From the NCBI GenBank assembly GCA_965219455.1, contig OZ244744.1:2976001-3040000 (forward strand): 64,000 bases of DNA. Reading direction: 5' to 3'. A program made the position numbers and the translations under genes. The notes under the pieces were generated by a model that worked only from the letters and a program-made list of their open reading frames with translations, made no database searches and was not told where the DNA came from. Source of the stretch: Candidatus Latescibacterota bacterium. GTDB taxonomy: Bacteria > Latescibacterota > UBA2968 > GCA-2709665. Below, piece by piece: positions 19,910 through 30,845 of the stretch (its first letter is position 1; every line of letters begins with the position of its first letter).

Positions 19910-21598
19910 TCAGAAGCAAACGAACAAAAACACGGCAAGGAAGATTGTCACCAGCAGCACGGCATTGCCGGTAAGCCAGGTTCGACCAAGAACGCCGTGG
20001 GGGCCGAGGTAATGACGGAAGCCTGAAATGATTGTCGTAAGAAGAGCCTGGCCACCGAGCAGCACCGAATCCCGTACCGGCCCGCCCGCCCGCGCGCCAA
20101 TCCGGACCATACCCGGCAGCAGCCTGCGATATGCCCAGTCGGTATCCAGATTTACGGACCTGAGTTCGGGCGGGTATATCCCGGTAAGCTTCAGAAAGGT
20201 GAAGGCCAGAGCGGAGAAAAACAATAGCTGGTACTGGGAAATTATATGGGCCGCGGTATACGGCTCGTAATTCACGGCATAGGGCAGAATATCGTACAGC
20301 GGCCTGGGAAAGACGCCTATCAGGACGCACAGGGCGGCGGCGCCTCCCATCGCAACGAGCATATTCAGCGGCGCCTCCCTGCAGCGGATCCCTGAATCAT
20401 GGGCAAAGAAGGCGAAAAAGGGGATCTTGATGCCCGAATGGTGAAATACACCGGCTGATGCGAACAGCAACACCAGCCACGTCAGGGTGTAGTGTCCGTC
20501 GGTGGTTGCAAAAATCACCAGCGATTTACTGATGAAGCCACTGAAGAATGGAAAGGCCGAAATCGACGCCGCTCCAATGATGCAGAAAACCGTTGTCAGA
20601 GGCATGGATTTGTACAACCCGCCCAGTTCCGAACCATTGGCGGTACCGGTTCGGTACAACACCGCACCCATCGACATGAACAACAGGGCCTTATAGAGAA
20701 TATGCGTGAAAGCGTGGGCGGCGGTTCCATTCAGGGACATCTCCGTTCCGATCCCTATGCCGACCACCATAAATCCCAACTGGTTATTCAGACTATAGGC
20801 CAGCACGCGCCGGAGGTCATTTTCGATGACCGCATAGAAAATTGGAAACGCGGCCATCGCCGCCCCGATCGGGATCAGGATCTCCGTGCCGGGAAAGCCC
20901 CGTGCCAGGGCATATACCGCCAGCTTGGTCGTGAAAGCGCTCAGGAACACGGCGCCGGTCACCGTTGCCTCGGGATAGGCGTCCTGCAGCCAGTTGTGGA
21001 GCAGCGGGAAGGCGCATTTGATCCCGAACGCGACAAAGATAAGGGTCGTTCCCAGGCCATTCAGCCCCATTCCGGTAAAGGCAATCGAGCCGGTCTCTCG
21101 CAGATGGATCAGAATACCGGCAAGCAGAATCACGCCCGATCCGACCTGTACGATCAGGTAGCGCATCCCGGCGGCATAGGCGCGTTCGGTCCGACGGCTC
21201 CAGATCAGAAATACGGAGGAAATCGCGGTCAGTTCCCAGTAGACGAACAGGGTAATCAGATCGCCCGCGAAGACGGCGCCTATGGCGCTGCCCACGTAGA
21301 TCAGGCCCGCGACGTGCTGCGTGTTGTCCTTCACATGGAGCGCATAGATGACGTTCAGAAAGGCAGCGATATGGAAAATATAGCCGAAGACCAGGCTGAG
21401 CTTGTCGATTCGAACCAGCGTAAGACTATAATCGAAGATCGGAATCTGCCAGTATTCGCCCTGGGAAAGGCCGAGCAGTTGGACGAATCCGACAACCGGA
21501 AGCAACAGCATATAGACCGCCTGGAATCGGCCGCGGAGAAACGGTATCAGCAACGAACCGAGAATCAGGATCAATGCAGGCGGAAACTGATCAATCAT
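19910..21598 (-). CDS. mrpD: Mrp Na+/H+ antiporter subunit D-like (third copy)
   Basis: YWEL, LHNWLQDAYPEA, LAYSLNNQLG, HAFTHILYKALLFM. Confidence 0.85.
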   Translation of the reverse strand: MIDQFPPALILILGSLLIPFLRGRFQAVYMLLLPVVGFVQLLGLSQGEYWQIPIFDYSLTLVRIDKLSLVFGYIFHIAAFLNVIYALHVKDNTQHVAGLIYVGSAIGAVFAGDLITLFVYWELTAISSVFLIWSRRTERAYAAGMRYLIVQVGSGVILLAGILIHLRETGSIAFTGMGLNGLGTTLIFVAFGIKCAFPLLHNWLQDAYPEATVTGAVFLSAFTTKLAVYALARGFPGTEILIPIGAAMAAFPIFYAVIENDLRRVLAYSLNNQLGFMVVGIGIGTEMSLNGTAAHAFTHILYKALLFMSMGAVLYRTGTANGSELGGLYKSMPLTTVFCIIGAASISAFPFFSGFISKSLVIFATTDGHYTLTWLVLLFASAGVFHHSGIKIPFFAFFAHDSGIRCREAPLNMLVAMGGAAALCVLIGVFPRPLYDILPYAVNYEPYTAAHIISQYQLLFFSALAFTFLKLTGIYPPELRSVNLDTDWAYRRLLPGMVRIGARAGGPVRDSVLLGGQALLTTIISGFRHYLGPHGVLGRTWLTGNAVLLVTIFLAVFLFVCF

Positions 21599-21845
21599 AA
21601 TAGTCTTCCCTGCGTCCCAGAATGACGCGCAACCCTTTGGCGGCCAGCACCAGCAGGACGCATGCTACAAATCCGTAAAACCCATGAAAGCCAAACCATT
21701 TCTCCACAGGATAATGTGCCTGCTCATGGTAGAACAGATCCATCGATACCAGCAGTGCACAGATCACGTACAGCGCCCAGCGAATCTTCCTTACATTTCC
21801 GGGCTCGTCCAGCCAGTATTTCCTTTTGTCTTCCATGGACTCCAT
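21591..21845 (-). CDS. Small 2-TM membrane protein within the Mrp module
   Basis: WLD..., GFYGFVACV, RREDYYD; overlaps the downstream mrpD. Confidence 0.75.
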   Translation of the reverse strand: MESMEDKRKYWLDEPGNVRKIRWALYVICALLVSMDLFYHEQAHYPVEKWFGFHGFYGFVACVLLVLAAKGLRVILGRREDYYD

Positions 21846-21848
21846 CCC

Positions 21849-23315
21849 TCAGAGTCGGGCAATTGGCGCCAGCAACCGGTAAATCTCATCGGCATAGAAG
21901 AAGAGCACCAGGCACCCGAGGGCGGTCAGACACAGGGGAACCACGCAGAACGCCGGCGCTTCCTTAATCGGAGTCGCATTGGAGGACGCCGAGGCGGGCG
22001 TCACAAAAAATGCGCGGGCGACGATCGGCATCAGGTACGCGACGCTCAAGAGCGAACTGATCATCAACACGGCCACGAGAATGAACCGGTCCGTCTCCGC
22101 CGCGCCGAGCACCAGGTACCACTTGCTCCACGAACCGCCAAGCGGTGGCAGGCCGATCACACTCAGCGATCCGATAAAAAAGGCGAACATGGTAATTGGC
22201 ATTGTCTTGCCGATGCCGGCCATGTCGCTGATTTCCGTCTTGTGCGCGGCTACCATGATCGCGCCGGCACAGAAGAACAGCGTGATCTTGCCGAAAGCGT
22301 GCATCGCAATATGCATGGCGCCGCCAATGATCCCCCAGTTGTTGGCAAGGGCCGCGCCGAGTACCACGTAGGACAACTGGCTGATTGTGGAATAGGCGAG
22401 ACGCGCCTTGAGATTATCTTTGGTTAATGCCACCAGGGACGCAAACAGCAGGGTTGCGGCGGCCACGTAGGCCAACCACACGCTCATGCCGCTGATGCTG
22501 AGCAGATCGATGCCAAAGATGTAAACCACAATCTTCATCACTGTAAACACGCCTGCTTTTACAACGGCCACCGCGTGCAGCAGGGCACTCACCGGCGTGG
22601 GCGCCACCATTGCCGACGGCAGCCAGCGGTGGAACGGCATCAGCGCGGCCTTGCCGGTTCCAAACGCGTAGAGCGCCAGCAATATGCCCACCACGGCCGG
22701 ACTCGCTTTGCCCTCGAGGATCCCGCCGGGTACGAATTCCAGCGTGCCCGTCAGATTCCAGGTCCACACCACTGCCAGCAGCATCAACCCGATCGACGTG
22801 CCGAGCAGTATGCCCATGTAGATCCTGCCGGACCGGAGCGCCTCTTGCGTCCGATGGTGGGTGACCAGCGGATAGGTCGACAGGGTCAGAACCTCGTAGA
22901 AGATAAACAGCGTGAACAAATTGCGGGCGAATGCGACGCCTAAGGCGCCCGTAATAGCCACGGCAAAGAAAACGTAAAACCTGGTCTGGTTCGGTTCGTG
23001 GTGACCGCGCATGTACCCGATTGAATACAGAGACGTCAGGATCCATAGCCCCGAGGCGATCAACCCGAAGAGCATGCCCAGGGGTTCAACTTCAAAGGCC
23101 AGCGCCAGGCCTGGCATCACCTCGAGAATTTCTATACCCGGCCTCGCCCCTGAAAGAACTTCCGGAACCAGGGAGAGCACCACGAAAAACAGCACGCCTC
23201 CCGTGGCCAGTGTCGCCGCCTCGCGCAGATTGGGCCTTTGTCGAAGAAGACCGATCAGCGGGGCGCCGAGCAGGGGCAGCAAAACGGCGAGCAGCGTGGC
23301 ATGCGATGCGGTCAT
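21849..23315 (-). CDS. mrpD: Mrp antiporter subunit D family (second copy)
   Basis: FYE, HRWLPSAMVAPTPVSALLH, LAYSTISQL; ATGA overlap at 23312-23315. Confidence 0.88.
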   Translation of the reverse strand: MTASHATLLAVLLPLLGAPLIGLLRQRPNLREAATLATGGVLFFVVLSLVPEVLSGARPGIEILEVMPGLALAFEVEPLGMLFGLIASGLWILTSLYSIGYMRGHHEPNQTRFYVFFAVAITGALGVAFARNLFTLFIFYEVLTLSTYPLVTHHRTQEALRSGRIYMGILLGTSIGLMLLAVVWTWNLTGTLEFVPGGILEGKASPAVVGILLALYAFGTGKAALMPFHRWLPSAMVAPTPVSALLHAVAVVKAGVFTVMKIVVYIFGIDLLSISGMSVWLAYVAAATLLFASLVALTKDNLKARLAYSTISQLSYVVLGAALANNWGIIGGAMHIAMHAFGKITLFFCAGAIMVAAHKTEISDMAGIGKTMPITMFAFFIGSLSVIGLPPLGGSWSKWYLVLGAAETDRFILVAVLMISSLLSVAYLMPIVARAFFVTPASASSNATPIKEAPAFCVVPLCLTALGCLVLFFYADEIYRLLAPIARL

Positions 23316-24829
23316 GGCGCGATTCCCATCAGCCATCCGGCGGCCTGGCGTGCAATGCCCAGGGTGAGGGAGGTCGAAACCCCGAAATAGAGGGCGGCTG
23401 CGATCAGAATCCACATCGGAATGTGCATCAGCAGCGGCGCCTCGGTCACACCTGAAGACTTGGCGGGCTCCCGGAAATAGGCCACCTCAACCACCCGCCA
23501 AATATAGATTACCGCGAGCAGCGAACCCAGCAGGACCAGGACCGCGACCGGCCACCAGCCCTTTTCCAGGGCCGCCAGGACCAGGTACCACTTGCTGATG
23601 AAGCCCACCGTGAGAGGGACGCCGATCAGGCTGAGTCCGCCAAGCACAACGGCGGCCATCGTCACCGGCATTCGACGTCCGAGACCGTGCATATCGTCAA
23701 GTTGCACTGAGCCCACGCGGAGGGCGATACAACCCATACCCAGGAACAGTGCGCCTTTCATAACGGCGTGATTGAAAAGGTGAACGATTCCCGCGGTGAG
23801 ACCATTCAACGACCCCGGTCCGTACCGGACGTCCGGTCCGGCGCCGCTCACCGACACCAGGCCGACCCCCAGCATGATGTAGCCGACCTGGGCAACGCTG
23901 GAATAGGCGAGCATGCGCTTGATGTTCTTCTGGAATATGGCGACCGTTGAGGCCGCGAAAATTCCGAGGAGAGAAAGTGGCAACAGCACGACTTGCAACC
24001 CGACCGTATCAAATGCGAATCGGGGCCCGAAAATGGTGAAGACGAACCGCAGGAAGACATAGATGGAGACCTTGGTCGCCGTTGCCGCAAGTAAGGCCGT
24101 CACCATCGATGGCGCGTAACAATACGCGTTGGGCAGCCACATGTGGAGCGGAAACAGTGCCAGTTTCAAACACAGGCCGACGCCCAGGAACGCGAAGGCC
24201 GACAGCACTGTCCTGGTTTCCAGGACCGGACCCAGACGAACCGCGAGGTCCGCCATGTTCAGGGTCCCCGTTGCCATATAAAGGAGCCCCACGCCGATGA
24301 GAATGAACGTCGCCCCAATGGTACCCATGACCAGGTACTGATAGGAGGCCGTCAGGGCGCGGCGGTCTCTTCCAAGGCTGATCAGCGCATACGTAGAAAG
24401 GGAGGAAATCTCGAGAAAGACAAACAGGTTGAACGCGTCTCCGGTGATGGCGATGCCGAGGAGGCCCGTCAGGCACAGGAGATATGCCGCGTAGAACAGA
24501 TAGTGGCGGTCGTGTGAGATCTCACGGGCCGCGCTGGGAGGCGCGTACAAAAGCACGACGGCGCCGATGAACGCCACCAGGACCAATATGTATGCATTGA
24601 CCGTATCGATCCGATACTCGATCCCCCACGGGGCGCTCCAGCTCCCGAGCGCGTACGAGATCGTACCGGCATCCAGGACCCTTATCAGCAGCAGTACGGC
24701 GATCCCCAGCACGGTCCACCCGACCGCCGTGGCAAAGGCCCAGGCCAGCATCCTTCGTCGAAGCAGCAGGCAGATCGGCGCGGATATGAGGGGTACCACG
24801 ATTTGCAGAATGGGCAAATGGACGGCCAT
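23312..24829 (-). CDS. mrpD: Mrp antiporter subunit D
   Basis: DAFNLFVFLE, LKLALFPLHMWLPNAY, GFISKW. Confidence 0.9.
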   Translation of the reverse strand: MAVHLPILQIVVPLISAPICLLLRRRMLAWAFATAVGWTVLGIAVLLLIRVLDAGTISYALGSWSAPWGIEYRIDTVNAYILVLVAFIGAVVLLYAPPSAAREISHDRHYLFYAAYLLCLTGLLGIAITGDAFNLFVFLEISSLSTYALISLGRDRRALTASYQYLVMGTIGATFILIGVGLLYMATGTLNMADLAVRLGPVLETRTVLSAFAFLGVGLCLKLALFPLHMWLPNAYCYAPSMVTALLAATATKVSIYVFLRFVFTIFGPRFAFDTVGLQVVLLPLSLLGIFAASTVAIFQKNIKRMLAYSSVAQVGYIMLGVGLVSVSGAGPDVRYGPGSLNGLTAGIVHLFNHAVMKGALFLGMGCIALRVGSVQLDDMHGLGRRMPVTMAAVVLGGLSLIGVPLTVGFISKWYLVLAALEKGWWPVAVLVLLGSLLAVIYIWRVVEVAYFREPAKSSGVTEAPLLMHIPMWILIAAALYFGVSTSLTLGIARQAAGWLMGIAP

Positions 24830-25188
24830 CAGGGCGACTCCTCACCCTGGCCGTAGATTTCCTCTTCCTCTATTGTGCCATAGGCTTCCTGAATCCGCAC
24901 CACCAGCGCCAACCCGAGAGACGTCGTAGCGATACCAACGACGATTGCCGTCAGAATGAGCACATGCGGCAGCGGGTTCGAATAGCTCTGCACCCCCTCT
25001 GCGACAATCGGCGCGCTCCCGCCGGAGACCCTGCCCATGCTGATGTAGAACAGGAAGACCGAAGTCTGAAAGATATTCAGGCCGATCAGTTTCTTTACCA
25101 GGTTGCCGCTGGTGATTACCGCATAGAACCCGATCATCATCAGGCCAATTGCGATCCAATAGTTGTATAAACCCGGGAATGCCGTCAT
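24829..25188 (-). CDS. mrpC: Mrp antiporter subunit C
   Basis: NLVKKLIGL, NPLPHVLILTAIVV. Confidence 0.92.
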   Translation of the reverse strand: MTAFPGLYNYWIAIGLMMIGFYAVITSGNLVKKLIGLNIFQTSVFLFYISMGRVSGGSAPIVAEGVQSYSNPLPHVLILTAIVVGIATTSLGLALVVRIQEAYGTIEEEEIYGQGEESP

Positions 25189-25604
25189 GGTCGTTTCCTG
25201 CCGACAAAGGCGAAGAAGACCCCGATAATCACCGAAGCCACGGTGATCCCCACTCCGAGTTCGATTAAAAGAATACCCAAATGCTGACCGTGCACCGGAT
25301 CGGCTCCCAGCACGCCGTAGTCCAGAAAGCGGCCACCCTTTATCATCCCCACGACCCCGGTGCCGGCATACAAGAGCAGACCGAGGGCAATGACAATTTC
25401 TACGACGTCGGGCCTGGCCACCCGCTTCGCCTCATCCAGGCCGTATATCAGCGTGTATAGCACGAATCCCGCGGCAAAAATCACACCGGCCTGGAACCCG
25501 CCCCCCGGCCCGAAATCGCCGTGAAACTGGACGTAGAGCGCAAACAGAAGGATAAGCGGGATGAATAGCTTGGCAATGACACGCGGAATGATCTGATTCT
25601 TCAC
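25185..25604 (-). CDS. mrpB: Mrp antiporter subunit B (MnhB domain)
   Basis: HGDFGPGGGFQAG; GTG start overlapping the upstream stop. Confidence 0.9.
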   Translation of the reverse strand: MKNQIIPRVIAKLFIPLILLFALYVQFHGDFGPGGGFQAGVIFAAGFVLYTLIYGLDEAKRVARPDVVEIVIALGLLLYAGTGVVGMIKGGRFLDYGVLGADPVHGQHLGILLIELGVGITVASVIIGVFFAFVGRKRP

Positions 25605-26170
25605 CGCCCGTCCTCCCGGTCGCGGCCCGGCCTGGATCCCTTCAGCAACAGCAACACGCCGATGCCCGCGCAAAGGATCACCGTGGTTTCGCCAAGCGTA
25701 TCGTATCCTCTGTAGCTGGCAAGCACCGAAGTCACAATATTCTCAACGCCGACTCCCTTCGCTGAGCCGCTGACGTGCGGCACGGTATCTTTGAGATATT
25801 CCGGGGCGATATGGGTGTGAACCGGCGCCCCGGCGTCGCCGAAGAGCGGCATGTCCAACGTGCCGTAGATCAGGACCGCCCCGGTCGCCAGAACCACCAG
25901 AAGGGGCAGCGGAGACGGACGGGACGGCTTCTTTTCCTCGCTGGTGGTCAGCATCAGGGTCCCGATCAGCAGCACGGTTGAGATGCCCGCGCCCACGGCG
26001 GCCTCGGTAAAGGCCACGTCGACGGCGTCCATCACGGTAAACATCCCGGCGGAAAGCAAGCTGAAAATCCCGGCCAGGATCACGGAGGCGAGCAGATTGC
26101 GGATCAGGACGACGGCGATGGCGGTGGCCGCCATGAAAGCCAGCAAAACAACGTCTATCAGTTCGATCAT
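25601..26170 (-). CDS. DUF4040/MrpA C-terminal-like Mrp subunit
   Basis: DVAFTEAAVGAG and NIVTSVLASYRGYDTLGE. Confidence 0.88.
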   Translation of the reverse strand: MIELIDVVLLAFMAATAIAVVLIRNLLASVILAGIFSLLSAGMFTVMDAVDVAFTEAAVGAGISTVLLIGTLMLTTSEEKKPSRPSPLPLLVVLATGAVLIYGTLDMPLFGDAGAPVHTHIAPEYLKDTVPHVSGSAKGVGVENIVTSVLASYRGYDTLGETTVILCAGIGVLLLLKGSRPGRDREDGR

Positions 26171-26484
26171 TGCCGGTGATTGTCCTCCTGAAGCAGTGGC
26201 TTCAACCCGGAGGTGAAAGCGGCCTTTGCGACCGCGTGGGTCGATGCCGGACTGGTCAGAAAGAGAAGCAGGAGGATCAGAAACAGTTTGACGGTTACCA
26301 TGCTGAGTCCGCCCTGTACCATCAGCCCCACAAGCACAAGCCCGGCGCCGAACGTATCCGAAATTCCGGCGCCGTGCATCCGGCTGTAAAAATCGGGAAA
26401 TCTGATCAGCCCGACGCCGCCCACGATACATAAGAACGACCCCAGGAGCAAACAAGCCCAACTCACGACATCGTGAACCATCAT
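26167..26484 (-). CDS. mrpG: Mrp antiporter subunit G
   Basis: GLIRFPDFYSRMH, SPASTHA. Confidence 0.9.
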   Translation of the reverse strand: MMVHDVVSWACLLLGSFLCIVGGVGLIRFPDFYSRMHGAGISDTFGAGLVLVGLMVQGGLSMVTVKLFLILLLLFLTSPASTHAVAKAAFTSGLKPLLQEDNHRQ

Positions 26485-26768
26485 TTGGGGGTTTCTCCGC
26501 TCTCGCCGTCCGCCGAACCAAAACTGCCGTATTGAACGTACTTGAGTACAGCAAATGTCCCGATGAAGTTCAACAGGACGTAGATTAACGCCAGGTCGAG
26601 AAAATCTGGCCGACCGGTCAGAAAACCCAGCACCGCAATCAGGAGTATCATCTTGGTGCCAATCATATTTGCGGCCAGGATGCGGTCGTAAACCGTTGGA
26701 CCCGCGAATGCTCGAATCAGAGCCAGAACCATTGTAACCAGGATGGCCGCCATTGCCGTCGCGAACAT
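26481..26768 (-). CDS. mrpF: Mrp antiporter subunit F
   Basis: GPTVYDRILA, LDLALIY..LNFIG. Confidence 0.9.
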   Translation of the reverse strand: MFATAMAAILVTMVLALIRAFAGPTVYDRILAANMIGTKMILLIAVLGFLTGRPDFLDLALIYVLLNFIGTFAVLKYVQYGSFGSADGESGETPK

Positions 26769-27253
26769 CAGGAAGCTCCTTCGATTGCAGTGACGCGGCG
26801 ATCCATCTCGCCTTCCTGGAGTTCCCCGGCGCTTTTCCGCGAGAGCGCGTGAACAAGAATCAGGTCGTCTTCCACCTCCACCGAAACCGTACCGGGAGTC
26901 AGTGTAATGGAGTTGGCGTAAATAACCTTCCCCAGTGCATGTTTCTGGCTTGCCCTGGTACGAATCAGGGTGGGGCTGATGGGCAGTCGTGGATTCAATA
27001 TTCGTAAAGCCACATCTATATTGGACCGGAAAATGGCAAGCAGCAACCACGGTACGTATCCGAGTGCGCGGCCGGCCAGGTGAATCGGATGTCCCTCGGA
27101 ATCGACGATACCCATACGCCGGACGATGGCGACCACCGCCAGGCAGGAGACGATTCCAAGCACGAGAACCAGCCTGTGGTCGATGGAATAGTGCCCCGAC
27201 CAGAGCAGCCATACGCCTAACAACACAACGCCCAGACTCAGGAGAATTCTCAT
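26768..27253 (-). CDS. mrpE: Mrp antiporter subunit E
   Basis: SNIDVA, ANSITLTPGT, VHAL. Confidence 0.9.
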   Translation of the reverse strand: MRILLSLGVVLLGVWLLWSGHYSIDHRLVLVLGIVSCLAVVAIVRRMGIVDSEGHPIHLAGRALGYVPWLLLAIFRSNIDVALRILNPRLPISPTLIRTRASQKHALGKVIYANSITLTPGTVSVEVEDDLILVHALSRKSAGELQEGEMDRRVTAIEGAS

Positions 27254-27313
27254 ACACCGTCTCCTTCGTTCCGTGCCGGGCAATGGCCGAACACATCCGA
27301 TGTTCGAATCGAT

Positions 27314-28834
27314 TTACTTGAATTGCCCATGTGACCGAACCGTCGCGAAGGTATCTTTCAAGCTTTCAATTTGCCGGATGCGCACCTGTTCTATCACCAC
27401 TTTCGCCGACAATTCGGTTTTCTTCAAGAACGCGCCCGGGTACACGCCAATCCAGAACATAAGGACCACCAGCGGCGTCAGGATGAACCATTCCCGTATG
27501 GACAGGTCCGGCAGCTTTCGATTCCGTTCATCTTTCACCTCGCCCCACACCACACGCTGGAACATCCACAACATATACACTGCCGCCAGGACGACACCCG
27601 AAGCGGCAATGATGCCGAATACCTTGCTCGCCTTGAACGCTCCCAGAAGGATCAGAAATTCACCCACAAACCCGTTCAGCCCAGGAAGTCCAATGGAAGA
27701 AAGCGTCGTAATCAAAAAGAACGTGGCGAATACCGGAATGGTTTTGGCCAATCCGCCAAAATCGGAAATCAGCCGCGTATGCCGGCGCTCATATATCATC
27801 CCCACAATCAAAAACAGCGCCCCCGTTGACAGCCCGTGGTTCACCATCTGAATAATGCCACCCTGCATTCCCTGGATGTTCATCGAAAAAATACCCAGAA
27901 CCACAAAACCCAGGTGGCTCACGCTCGAGTAAGCCACCAGTTTCTTGATATCGGTCTGTACCATAGCCACCAGGGCGCCGTATACGATGCCGATCACGGA
28001 CAGTACCATGATATAAGGGGTGAAATCCAACGCGGCCATGGGGAACAATGGCAGGCAGAACCGAATCAACCCGTAGGTACCCATCTTCAGCAGAACACCC
28101 GCAAGGATCACGCTGCCCGCCGTTGGGGCCTCTACATGCGCGTCCGGCAACCAGGTATGAAACGGAAACAGCGGCACCTTGATGGCGAAACTCAGGAAAA
28201 ACGCCAGGAAGAGCCAGTGCTGTTCCGGGTGGAGATAGGTCACCTTCTGAAGAACCATGAGGTCGAAGGTGCCAAACTGCAGGCCCAGATAGACAATCGC
28301 CACGAGCATCAACAGACTGCCGGCCAGGGTAAACAGCACGAATTTCACGGCAGCATAGATCCGGCGTTCACCGCCCCAGACACCGATCAACAGATACATC
28401 GGAATCAGCATGGCCTCCCAGAACACGTAGAAGAGGAACAGATCGAGGGCGCAGAACACCCCTACCATCCCGGTTTCCAGCAGTAGCATCGAGGCCATAA
28501 ACTCCCGCACCCGGGATGTTATTGACGTCCAGGAAGCGAGAATCGCCAGAAACGTGAGCAGGGTGGTCACCATTACCAGCAACAGACTGATCCCGTCGAT
28601 TCCCACGAAATAGGAGATGCCGAACGACCCCACCCACTCCGTCCTTTCTACAAACTGCATCTCCGGGGCGCCCGCTTTGAAATTGGCATATAACAAAATG
28701 GACAGCAGCAAATTCACCAATGCCACCGCCAGAGCGAACACCCGGCTGAACCCGTCTCTGCCGCGACCGAAAAGCAGAACCAATACGCCGCCAATCAGCG
28801 GTATAAAGATCAGGCCTGTAAGGAGTCCGGGCAT
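27314..28834 (-). CDS. nuoM: NADH-quinone oxidoreductase subunit M
   Basis: FYVFWE, IKVPLFPFHTWLPDAHVEAP, LLKMG, FVGEF. Confidence 0.95.
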   Translation of the reverse strand: MPGLLTGLIFIPLIGGVLVLLFGRGRDGFSRVFALAVALVNLLLSILLYANFKAGAPEMQFVERTEWVGSFGISYFVGIDGISLLLVMVTTLLTFLAILASWTSITSRVREFMASMLLLETGMVGVFCALDLFLFYVFWEAMLIPMYLLIGVWGGERRIYAAVKFVLFTLAGSLLMLVAIVYLGLQFGTFDLMVLQKVTYLHPEQHWLFLAFFLSFAIKVPLFPFHTWLPDAHVEAPTAGSVILAGVLLKMGTYGLIRFCLPLFPMAALDFTPYIMVLSVIGIVYGALVAMVQTDIKKLVAYSSVSHLGFVVLGIFSMNIQGMQGGIIQMVNHGLSTGALFLIVGMIYERRHTRLISDFGGLAKTIPVFATFFLITTLSSIGLPGLNGFVGEFLILLGAFKASKVFGIIAASGVVLAAVYMLWMFQRVVWGEVKDERNRKLPDLSIREWFILTPLVVLMFWIGVYPGAFLKKTELSAKVVIEQVRIRQIESLKDTFATVRSHGQFK

Positions 28835-28925
28835 AGTTTCCGTTCCTTATGTCGCCCCATTGAAAAGTTGTATTCAGGGTTTCGCGGGGACCGCGACGTA
28901 GAACCCGTTCTCGCGATTCCGAATC

Positions 28926-30800
28926 TCAATTCCCTGACACATAATACAGTACCGCAACCACGCCAATCACCATCCAAAGCGCATATGTAGGCGCATTGCC
29001 CGACTGAAAGCGGGTAACGACCCAGCCCGCGCCTTTCACCAGCAGCCCGAGCCCGTTCGCGAGACCGTCCACTACAATCGCATCGAGAACACGCGACAAT
29101 GCAAGCGAAAGCAAATGAATCGGACGCACGACAAGGGCGTTGTAAATCTCGTCGACGTACCACTTGCGGGTCAGCAACCCATGAAGGGGATTCGAGGACT
29201 CCGCTCCCAGCCGACCCGCTCTGTGCATCCGGTACGCGAATCCGATTCCCAACAGGCCCGCGATGGTGGAAATACCCACCAACATGCCCCCGGACAATCC
29301 GCCGGATACCGTAGGGTGGCCCCCTCCAGCCGTATCGCTCAGGAACGCATCTATCCAACCGTGCCCCGGCGGAACGCCCACGAAACCCACCACGGCCGAA
29401 CCCAGCGCCAGTACTACAAGCGGTGCGGTCATGTTCGACGGTGACTCGTGGGCATGGTCGTACAGATGCTGATTCCGGGGTCGTCCATGGAAGGTCATAA
29501 AGATCAGCCGGAACATATAAAAAGCCGTGAGGACCGCCCCCGCAACGCCCAAAGCCCAGATTGCCACATTCCCGGAACGGTACGCACTCACCAGGATTTC
29601 ATCCTTACTCCAGAATCCGGCCAGCGGCGGAATTCCCGCGATGGCCAGCGCGCCGACCCAGAATGTGACGCCGGTCACCCGCATCTTGCCCAGCAGCCCG
29701 CCCATCTTCCGCATATCCAGTTCATCCTGCATCGCGTGCATCACACTGCCCGCGGCCAGAAACATCAATCCCTTGAAAAATGCGTGTGTGAACAGGTGGA
29801 AAATACCAGCCGTATATGCGCCAACCCCCACGCCAATGAACATGTACCCCAGCTGGCTGACCGTTGAATAGGCCAGTATCCGTTTGATGTCGGTATTCAC
29901 CAGCGCGATGGTCGCGGCCAGTAACGCCGTGACAACGCCCACCCAGGCCACCACGGCCCCAGCGGTGGGCGCGAGCGTATAGAGCACATTCGAGCGCGCC
30001 ACCATATAGACCCCCGCCGTCACCATCGTAGCCGCATGAATCAATGAACTCACGGGCGTTGGGCCTTCCATTGCATCGGGTAGCCAGACATAAAGCGGAA
30101 ACTGCGCCGACTTGCCGCAGGCTCCCACAAAAAGCAGAAGCGCAATCACGGTTGCGACCCCCGCGGGCAACATCAGGGGCGCCTTCTCGAATACTTCGGT
30201 GTACTGCACCGTGCCCAGGTAACTTACCATCAGAAAAATGCCAAGCAGGAAACCGAAATCCCCGATCCGGTTCACAATAAACGCCTTCTTGCCGGCATCG
30301 GAAGCGGACTTCCGCTCGTACCAAAAGCCGATGAGGAGATATGAACATAACCCCACGCCTTCCCACCCCACAAACATCAGCAGATAATTGTTCGCGAGCA
30401 CCAGCACCAGCATCGAAAACACAAACAGGTTGAGATAGGCAAAAAATCTGGCAAAACCCGGGTCGTTGCGCATATATCCGATCGAATACACATGGATCAG
30501 GAATGAGATTGTCGTAACCGTGACAATCATGATTGTCGACAGCTCATCGACCTGGAACCCGACAGCGGCCTTGAACGACCCCGCCGCAATCCACGCGTAC
30601 ACGTCTTCGTTCAATTCTCCGCCGCCTATAACCCAAAACAGAACCCGCAGCGACAGCACCCACGAAAGCCCCACCGCCGCGGAGCCGATATATCCTGACG
30701 CCTCTCGCAGCCTATACCCCAACAGTCCGTTAACGGCCGCACCGGCGAGCGGAAAGAGAATGATCAGAATCACTACGGTCAACATTGTAAGCCCACTCAA
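28926..30800 (-). CDS. nuoL: NADH-quinone oxidoreductase subunit L
   Basis: GWEGVG, GKSAQFPL..WLPDAMEGPTPVS, GFWSKD. Confidence 0.95.
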   Translation of the reverse strand: MSGLTMLTVVILIILFPLAGAAVNGLLGYRLREASGYIGSAAVGLSWVLSLRVLFWVIGGGELNEDVYAWIAAGSFKAAVGFQVDELSTIMIVTVTTISFLIHVYSIGYMRNDPGFARFFAYLNLFVFSMLVLVLANNYLLMFVGWEGVGLCSYLLIGFWYERKSASDAGKKAFIVNRIGDFGFLLGIFLMVSYLGTVQYTEVFEKAPLMLPAGVATVIALLLFVGACGKSAQFPLYVWLPDAMEGPTPVSSLIHAATMVTAGVYMVARSNVLYTLAPTAGAVVAWVGVVTALLAATIALVNTDIKRILAYSTVSQLGYMFIGVGVGAYTAGIFHLFTHAFFKGLMFLAAGSVMHAMQDELDMRKMGGLLGKMRVTGVTFWVGALAIAGIPPLAGFWSKDEILVSAYRSGNVAIWALGVAGAVLTAFYMFRLIFMTFHGRPRNQHLYDHAHESPSNMTAPLVVLALGSAVVGFVGVPPGHGWIDAFLSDTAGGGHPTVSGGLSGGMLVGISTIAGLLGIGFAYRMHRAGRLGAESSNPLHGLLTRKWYVDEIYNALVVRPIHLLSLALSRVLDAIVVDGLANGLGLLVKGAGWVVTRFQSGNAPTYALWMVIGVVAVLYYVSGN

Positions 30801-30845
30801 TTCAAACAGATAGAAGGGGATTGCAGTAAAGAGATCACCCGGCGC